The notes beneath the pieces were generated by a model. That model searched no databases and had not been told where the DNA came from. It was given only the letters and a program-made list of their open reading frames with translations. Position numbers and translations under genes: made by a program. Positions 58,921 through 64,000 of a stretch of 64,000 nt of DNA are shown in pieces. Position 1 is the stretch's first letter, and every line of letters starts with the position of its first letter. This DNA comes from Candidatus Dormibacteria bacterium (lineage in GTDB: Bacteria > Chloroflexota > Dormibacteria > Aeolococcales > Bog-877), in contig JBEKRL010000002.1 of NCBI GenBank assembly GCA_049518775.1, forward strand, positions 19,689 to 83,688, read 5' to 3'.

Positions 58921-60858
58921 ATGCCAGCCCCAAGTGGGGATTCCGGGCAGGTGCCACGGCCGGTGCTCCCGCGAATCCGGTGCCCTGCGGACTGCCGGGA
59001 GCTCTCCTTGGAGGAGTGCCGTCAGCTGGCGTCGGAGATCAGGGAATTCCTGGTCCAGAACGTCTCCCGCACCGGGGGCCACCTCGGCCCCAACCTGGGG
59101 GTGGTCGAGCTGACCCTGGCGCTCCACCGGGTCTACGACAGCCCCACCGACCAGATCGTCTTCGACACTGGCCACCAGGCGTACGTCCACAAGATCCTGA
59201 CCGGCCGCGGCGACCAGTTCGCAACCCTGCGCCAGGCCGGCGGCCTCTCCGGCTACCCCAGCCGGGCGGAGTCTGTTCACGACCTGATCGAGAACAGCCA
59301 CGCCTCCACCGGGCTGAGCTACGCGCTGGGGTTGGCCCAGGCCCGGCGGCGCCGGGCCGAGCCCGGAAGGGTGGTGGTGGTCGTGGGGGATGGCTCGCTC
59401 ACCGGCGGCATGGCCTACGAGGCGCTGAACAACATCGGGGCCCTGCGGCCCGACCTCACCATCGTGCTCAATGACAACGGCCGTTCCTACGCACCCACGG
59501 TGGGTGGCCTCGCGGACCACTTCGCCCGGCTCCGGCTTGACCCTCGCTACGAGGCGGCCAAGAGCGGGATCGGCGGCTTCCTCAGTGCGCTCCCGGCGGT
59601 GGGGGAGCCCGCCCACGAGATGGCCCGCCGGCTCAAGACCGGGGTGAAGCAGCTGGTCGCGCCCCACATTCCCTTCGAGGACCTGGGGATCAAGTACTCC
59701 GGCCCCATCGACGGCCACGACGTGCACTCGATCGAGAGTGCCCTGGCGCTGGCCAACCGGCTCCGCGGCCCGGTGCTGGTCCACCTGATCACCGAGAAGG
59801 GACGTGGCTTCCACCTGGCCGAGGCTGATGAGGTGGACAAGTTCCATGGGGTGTCCGCCTTCGACATCAGCACCGGCAAGCCCAGCGCCGGCAGCAGCAT
59901 CAGCTACACCGACGTCTTCGAGGACGTTCTGGTGGAGCTGGCCGAGGCCGACCCCAAGGTGGTGGCGATCACCGCCGCCATGGCCTCCTCCACCGGTCTG
60001 CTCAAGTTCGCCGCCCGCTTCCCCGACCGCTTCTACGACGTCGGCATAGCTGAGCAGCACGCGGTCACCTTCGCGGCCGGGTTGGCCCTGGGCGGGCTCC
60101 ACCCGGTGGTCTGCATCTACTCGACCTTCCTGCAGCGGGCCTTCGACCAGCTGATCTGTGACGTCGGGCTGCACAACCTCCCGGTCACCCTGATCCTCGA
60201 CCGGGCCGGGGTGACCGGTCCCGATGGCAGCACCCACCACGGCATGTTCGACCTCAGCTACCTGCGGATGATCCCCAACATGGTGGTGGCCACCCCCAGG
60301 GATGCCGCCGAGCTGGGCCGGCTGGTGGCCACCGGACTGGCCCATCAGGGCCCCTTCGCCATCCGCTATCCCCGGGGAGCGGTCGCCGAGCGGGTGATCG
60401 ACCTCCGGCCCCTGCCCAACTTCGGTTGGGAGATGGTGCGGGAAGGAGGGACGGACGTCCTGATCTGCGCCGCCGGGAAGATGGTGGCGGTGGCCGAGAA
60501 CGCGGCCGAGTTGCTGTCCGCCGACGGGATCTCCGCCTCGGTGGTCAACGCCCGCTTCGTCAAGCCCACCGATCCCCGGCTGGCCGGCTGGGCCCAAGAG
60601 CACCGGGCGGTGGTCACGGTGGAGGACAACACCGTCCGCGGCGGACTGGGCGCCTCGGTCCTGGAGTTCCTCGCCGGCCAGGGCGTGCTCCGGTCCGTAC
60701 GCCAGGTGGGACTCCCGGACCAATTCCTGCCCCACGGGGCCCAAGGCGAGCTGCTGGCCGAGTACGGCCTCACCGCCCAGGGGGTGGCCGAGGCCGCCAT
60801 CTCGGCGCTGGAGGCGCCCCGTGAAGCGACCCAGCACCAGGCTCAGGCGGTTGGCTGA
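58921..60858 (+). CDS. dxs: 1-deoxy-D-xylulose-5-phosphate synthase
   Basis: Start at MPAPSGDSGQVP… (index 88 of the track ORF); TPP motif GDG(S/A)…N; transketolase-like domains. Confidence 0.9.
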   Translation: MPAPSGDSGQVPRPVLPRIRCPADCRELSLEECRQLASEIREFLVQNVSRTGGHLGPNLGVVELTLALHRVYDSPTDQIVFDTGHQAYVHKILTGRGDQFATLRQAGGLSGYPSRAESVHDLIENSHASTGLSYALGLAQARRRRAEPGRVVVVVGDGSLTGGMAYEALNNIGALRPDLTIVLNDNGRSYAPTVGGLADHFARLRLDPRYEAAKSGIGGFLSALPAVGEPAHEMARRLKTGVKQLVAPHIPFEDLGIKYSGPIDGHDVHSIESALALANRLRGPVLVHLITEKGRGFHLAEADEVDKFHGVSAFDISTGKPSAGSSISYTDVFEDVLVELAEADPKVVAITAAMASSTGLLKFAARFPDRFYDVGIAEQHAVTFAAGLALGGLHPVVCIYSTFLQRAFDQLICDVGLHNLPVTLILDRAGVTGPDGSTHHGMFDLSYLRMIPNMVVATPRDAAELGRLVATGLAHQGPFAIRYPRGAVAERVIDLRPLPNFGWEMVREGGTDVLICAAGKMVAVAENAAELLSADGISASVVNARFVKPTDPRLAGWAQEHRAVVTVEDNTVRGGLGASVLEFLAGQGVLRSVRQVGLPDQFLPHGAQGELLAEYGLTAQGVAEAAISALEAPREATQHQAQAVG

Positions 60859-62503
60859 GGCTCCGGCCGGGGAGGGCGGTCGAGAAGCGGCAGTCGGACT
60901 GCTAGCCGAAGTGGTCCGGGACCAGTTCCGAGCCCACCCCGCCCTGGCCCGCGCCAATGGCGACCACGAGAAGGATGGCCTGGTGGCGGAGACCGGCGGA
61001 GCCGCAGAGGCCCGCCGCTGCCAGGAGTTGGCCAAGCTCAGGGAAGAGCTTCACCAGGCGGACCCCGGCGGTGACCCCGACCTTCGCCTCGACCTGGAGA
61101 TAGCCCGCAGCACCGTGGAGCGCGAGCTCTTCGACCTCGAGGTGCGGCGACGGCCCTTCACCGACCCCACCTCCGTCTTGGACGGCGATTCGCCGCTGGA
61201 CGTGGGCGGATACCTGCTCCGGGACTACGCCCCGCTGGCGGAGCGGATGTCCGGCCTCTGCCAGCAGCTGGAGCAGGCGCCCGAGTGGGCGGAGACGGCG
61301 CTCTCAATGCTGGAGCCGAACCTCGCCGGACCGCTCATCGAGCTGGCCCTGGAGGGTGTGGAGGGCCAGCGCAACTTCTTCAGGGACGACATCGCCAGGG
61401 CGGCGGGCGACCTGGGGGAGCCCCAGCTGAGGGAGCGGGTGGGACGGGCGGCGCAGCTGGGCGAGGAGGTCCTGGACCGGATCGTGGCCGAGCTCGAGCG
61501 GCGGCGTCCCGACGCCCATCAGCAGGCCTCCCTCGGACCCGAGCGGCTGGTGCAGATGCTGCTGCTTCAGGAGGGCGTCGAGCGGTCCGTCGCCGAGCTT
61601 CGCCAGGAGGCGGACTCGGAGCTGGAGTCGCTGCTGGAGCAGCGGAACCGTCTGCTCACCGACCAGTTCGGCGGCCGAGATCTGGCGGACGTTCGCGGGG
61701 ACGAGGAACGCAACCATTTCGCCGCGGCGGATCTGATTCCGGGCACAGCCAGCCTGCTGGAGGAGCTCCGGGGGTTCGTCGAGCGGCACGGTGAGGTCCC
61801 GATCCCCGAGGGTCCCCACTGCGAGGTTCGACCGAGCCCCGGGTTCATGACCGCCTGGGTCAGCGCCGCCTACGAGGGGGTCGGCCTGCTCGAGACCAGG
61901 GAGCTGCCCTGCATCTACTACGTCACCGTCCCCCAACCGAGCTGGAAAGGGCAGGAGACCGAGGAGTGGCTCCGCTACATGAATCGGGCGACCCTCAAGA
62001 ACATCAGCGTCCACGAGGTCTACCCTGGGCACCACGTCCAGTACCTCTACTCCCGCCACCTCGTCTCGGACCTGCGCCGCTTCTTCTGGACGCCAGGATT
62101 CGGGGAGGGGTGGGCCCACTACGCCGAGCTGATGATGATCGAGGCGGGGCTGGCGGAGGCCGATCCCATCCTCCGGCTCTCCCAGATCGAGGAGGCGCTG
62201 CTGCGAGCCTGCCGCTACCGAACCGCGGTGGGACTGCATGCGGATGGCTGGCAGGTGGAGGACGGTACCCGGCTGTTCATGGACCGGGTCGGGATGGAGG
62301 AGCTACCCGCCCGCCGCGAGGCGGCCCGGGGCACCTACGATCCGCTCTACCTGGTCTACACCCTGGGCAAGCTGCAGATTCTGCGCTGGCGGGAGGAGTG
62401 GCTCAGCCGCCAGCGGGGCGACCTCCGGGCGTTCCACCGCCGGGTCCTGGCCGCCGGCAGCCCCCCGCTGGCGGCTCTCGAGCGCTGGCTGCAAGCAAAC
62501 TGA
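60821..62503 (+). CDS. DUF885-family protein (putative HExxH-like metallopeptidase fold)
   Basis: HEVYPGHHVQY motif characteristic of DUF885. The start may lie downstream of 60821; the current call overlaps the dxs 3' end by 38 nt. Confidence 0.7.
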   Translation: MKRPSTRLRRLAEAPAGEGGREAAVGLLAEVVRDQFRAHPALARANGDHEKDGLVAETGGAAEARRCQELAKLREELHQADPGGDPDLRLDLEIARSTVERELFDLEVRRRPFTDPTSVLDGDSPLDVGGYLLRDYAPLAERMSGLCQQLEQAPEWAETALSMLEPNLAGPLIELALEGVEGQRNFFRDDIARAAGDLGEPQLRERVGRAAQLGEEVLDRIVAELERRRPDAHQQASLGPERLVQMLLLQEGVERSVAELRQEADSELESLLEQRNRLLTDQFGGRDLADVRGDEERNHFAAADLIPGTASLLEELRGFVERHGEVPIPEGPHCEVRPSPGFMTAWVSAAYEGVGLLETRELPCIYYVTVPQPSWKGQETEEWLRYMNRATLKNISVHEVYPGHHVQYLYSRHLVSDLRRFFWTPGFGEGWAHYAELMMIEAGLAEADPILRLSQIEEALLRACRYRTAVGLHADGWQVEDGTRLFMDRVGMEELPARREAARGTYDPLYLVYTLGKLQILRWREEWLSRQRGDLRAFHRRVLAAGSPPLAALERWLQAN

Positions 62504-62507
62504 GCTG

Positions 62508-63434
62508 ATGTCCGGGCGGCAGCGCGCGCTGCTGGTCCTGGCCGGAGCCAACTGCCTCTGGGCAGGCTCCTACGTGGCGGGCAAGGCGGCCCTGGCGACC
62601 TGGCCCTTCGCCAGCATCAACATGCTCCGCTTCACCATCGCCGCACTGGTGATGCTGCCGGTCCTCTGGCGCCAGCGCCATCTGCTGCCCCGGAACCGGG
62701 GGGACCGCTGGCGGCTGGTCGCCATGTGCGCTCTGGGATTCGTCGGCAACAAGGCCCTCGAGTACCTGGGGCTCAGCCTGACCACCGCCACCGACACCGC
62801 GCTGCTGATCGCCGCCGAGGCGCTGGCCACCGTCCTGCTCAGCATCGCGGTGCTGAACGAGCGGATCCGGCGCCCGGAGACGGCCGGCCTGCTCCTGGGC
62901 GGATTCGGTGTCTACCTGGTGGTCGAGGGTGGGCTCCGAGCGCCCAGCCTGCTGTCCGGATCCCAGAGCGTGGGCAACCTGCTGGTGGTGGCGTCGCTTC
63001 TCCTCGAGTCCGGGTTCACGGTGATCGGGAAGACCGTGGTCGACCGCTACCCGCCCTTCCTGATCACGGCGGCGGTCGTCACCGGCAGCCTGGTCGCCTG
63101 GTGGCCGGCCGGCCTGGCCGCGCTGGCAGTCAGGGACTGGCCCGGCCTCACCCCCTGGGGATGGGTGGGGATCTGCTATCTGGGATTGGTCAGCACCGCC
63201 CTCTGCTACTGGGCCTGGCTCTGGGGCCTCAAGCGGGTGATGCCGGGGGCGATCGCCCCCCTGCTCTTCATCCAGCCCCTGGTCGGGACCGGCCTGGCCG
63301 TGCTCATCAGGGGCGAGAGGCCCTCCATTGCCACCCTCTTCGGCGGGGCGCTCATCCTGCTCGGGGTGACCGCGGTCGTGACCCATCGCCCAACCGCCCC
63401 CAACGCACCGGCGGCGACCCCGGGAACCGCCTGA
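62508..63434 (+). CDS. EamA/DMT-superfamily transporter
   Basis: Start at MSGRQRALLVLAGANCLWAGSY…; 10 TM helices; two EamA repeats. Confidence 0.8.
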   Translation: MSGRQRALLVLAGANCLWAGSYVAGKAALATWPFASINMLRFTIAALVMLPVLWRQRHLLPRNRGDRWRLVAMCALGFVGNKALEYLGLSLTTATDTALLIAAEALATVLLSIAVLNERIRRPETAGLLLGGFGVYLVVEGGLRAPSLLSGSQSVGNLLVVASLLLESGFTVIGKTVVDRYPPFLITAAVVTGSLVAWWPAGLAALAVRDWPGLTPWGWVGICYLGLVSTALCYWAWLWGLKRVMPGAIAPLLFIQPLVGTGLAVLIRGERPSIATLFGGALILLGVTAVVTHRPTAPNAPAATPGTA

Positions 63435-63659
63435 CCGGGCTGGCGGCCCTGGCACGGGTCACGATCCGATCACAGTCGTAGCGAGCCGATGACCAAACGC
63501 CCCAAGGGCGGCCGGGCCGGATAGTCTCAGCCTGCGGCTATGGGCGGAGCGATCCCGTCTCCAGCCCTGCCGATGTGACGCCTCCCCCCCGCCCCGCTGG
63601 AACCTCTCCGGCGGGGCCCCGCCGCCCCGGGCCCTCCCGGGACGGCGGTCCCTGAAATC

Positions 63660-64000
63660 TCAGTAGTCGGCGTAGAGCATGAACTCGTAGGGGTGAGGAC
63701 GGATCCGGACCGGGTCCACATCGTGCTCCCGCTTGATGGCGATCCAGGTCTCCACCACGTCCTCTGTGAACACCCCTCCCTCGTAGAGGAAGTCGTGGTC
63801 CTTCTCCAGGGCGTCGAGCACCTCCTCGAGGCTCCCGGGCAGATCCTTGATCGCCTTGGCCTTGTCCCCCTCCAGCTCGTAGAGATCGGCCTCGATCGGA
63901 GAGGGCGGCTCGATCTGGTTGCGGACCCCATCCAACCCCGCCATGAGCATGGCGGCGAAGGCCAGGTAGGGGTTGCAGGTCGGGTCGGGGGAGCGGAACT
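63660..64000 (-). CDS. glnA: glutamine synthetase, C-terminal end (gene continues past the window edge)
   Basis: The C-terminus …[11 protein letters not shown] is the canonical GS tail. Confidence 0.8.
   Translation of the reverse strand, partial: FRSPDPTCNPYLAFAAMLMAGLDGVRNQIEPPSPIEADLYELEGDKAKAIKDLPGSLEEVLDALEKDHDFLYEGGVFTEDVVETWIAIKREHDVDPVRIRPHPYEFMLYADY

Noticed and set aside
58021-61035. 1004-aa minus-strand ORF
   Set aside because: Lies entirely antisense to dxs and DUF885; low-complexity Gly/Arg/Ala/Pro composition. Long antisense ORFs are expected at 70% GC.
63630-63659. Short hairpin GGGACggcgGTCCC downstream of glnA and EamA as terminator
   Set aside because: Only a 5-bp stem with no U-tract on either strand; too weak to call.

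Overview
This is a high-GC (about 70%) bacterial chromosomal segment with GC3-biased coding and frequent GTG/TTG starts. Several genes (sipW/tasA-like, yhaO/yhaN-like, yvcK-like, Opp-type layout) have a Firmicutes flavour, so the source may be a high-GC Firmicute (Symbiobacterium/Thermaerobacter-like) or an actinobacterium; I cannot decide from sequence alone. I call about 58 CDS. I see no rRNA, tRNA, CRISPR array, transposase or integrase. Content, 5'->3': a truncated Zn-dehydrogenase; a flippase-like membrane protein; an Opp/Dpp-type peptide ABC importer (oppD and oppF on +, converging on a minus-strand SBP2-oppB-oppC-SBP1 unit in which the two SBP genes are recent paralogs); a NarL-type RR plus a large HK with periplasmic and GAF domains; glycerate kinase; ilvE; a yvcK-like gene; murF-like and ddl; an alpha/beta hydrolase; an OmpR-type TCS; RidA; a BNR-repeat protein; purA-dnaB-rplI-DUF1232-cca; an HxlR-type regulator; an HtrA-like protease; IclR; and a long co-directional minus-strand array (ROK kinase, nfo, lipoprotein, CaCA exchanger, Nudix, site-2 protease, small ORF, ArsA/Get3-HSP20 ATPase, Pro-rich tail-anchored ORF). 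Then ychF, a Cof-type HAD, a DEAD-box helicase, PadR plus an ABC-2 exporter, a BtuF-like protein, an sbcC/sbcD-like (YhaN/YhaO-like) pair, dxs, DUF885, EamA and the 3' end of glnA. The most system-like and least conventional part is 51.8-58.6 kb: a SipW-type (ER-type) signal peptidase surrounded by three TasA/camelysin-like secreted proteins with SipW-cognate signal peptides (two full-length paralogs plus a 75-aa PT-repeat mini version), a Ser/Thr-rich protein with a C-terminal sorting-like anchor, a long relatively AT-rich regulatory region, and an upstream CPBP intramembrane protease plus membrane protein, all on the minus strand. Many adjacent genes show ATGA/TGATG stop-start overlaps, consistent with operons. 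The displayed text is locally inconsistent with the ORF track near 43.62-43.69 kb (an 8-nt shift). Coordinates I derived by hand are therefore good to about +/-10 nt; ORF-track coordinates are used wherever available.
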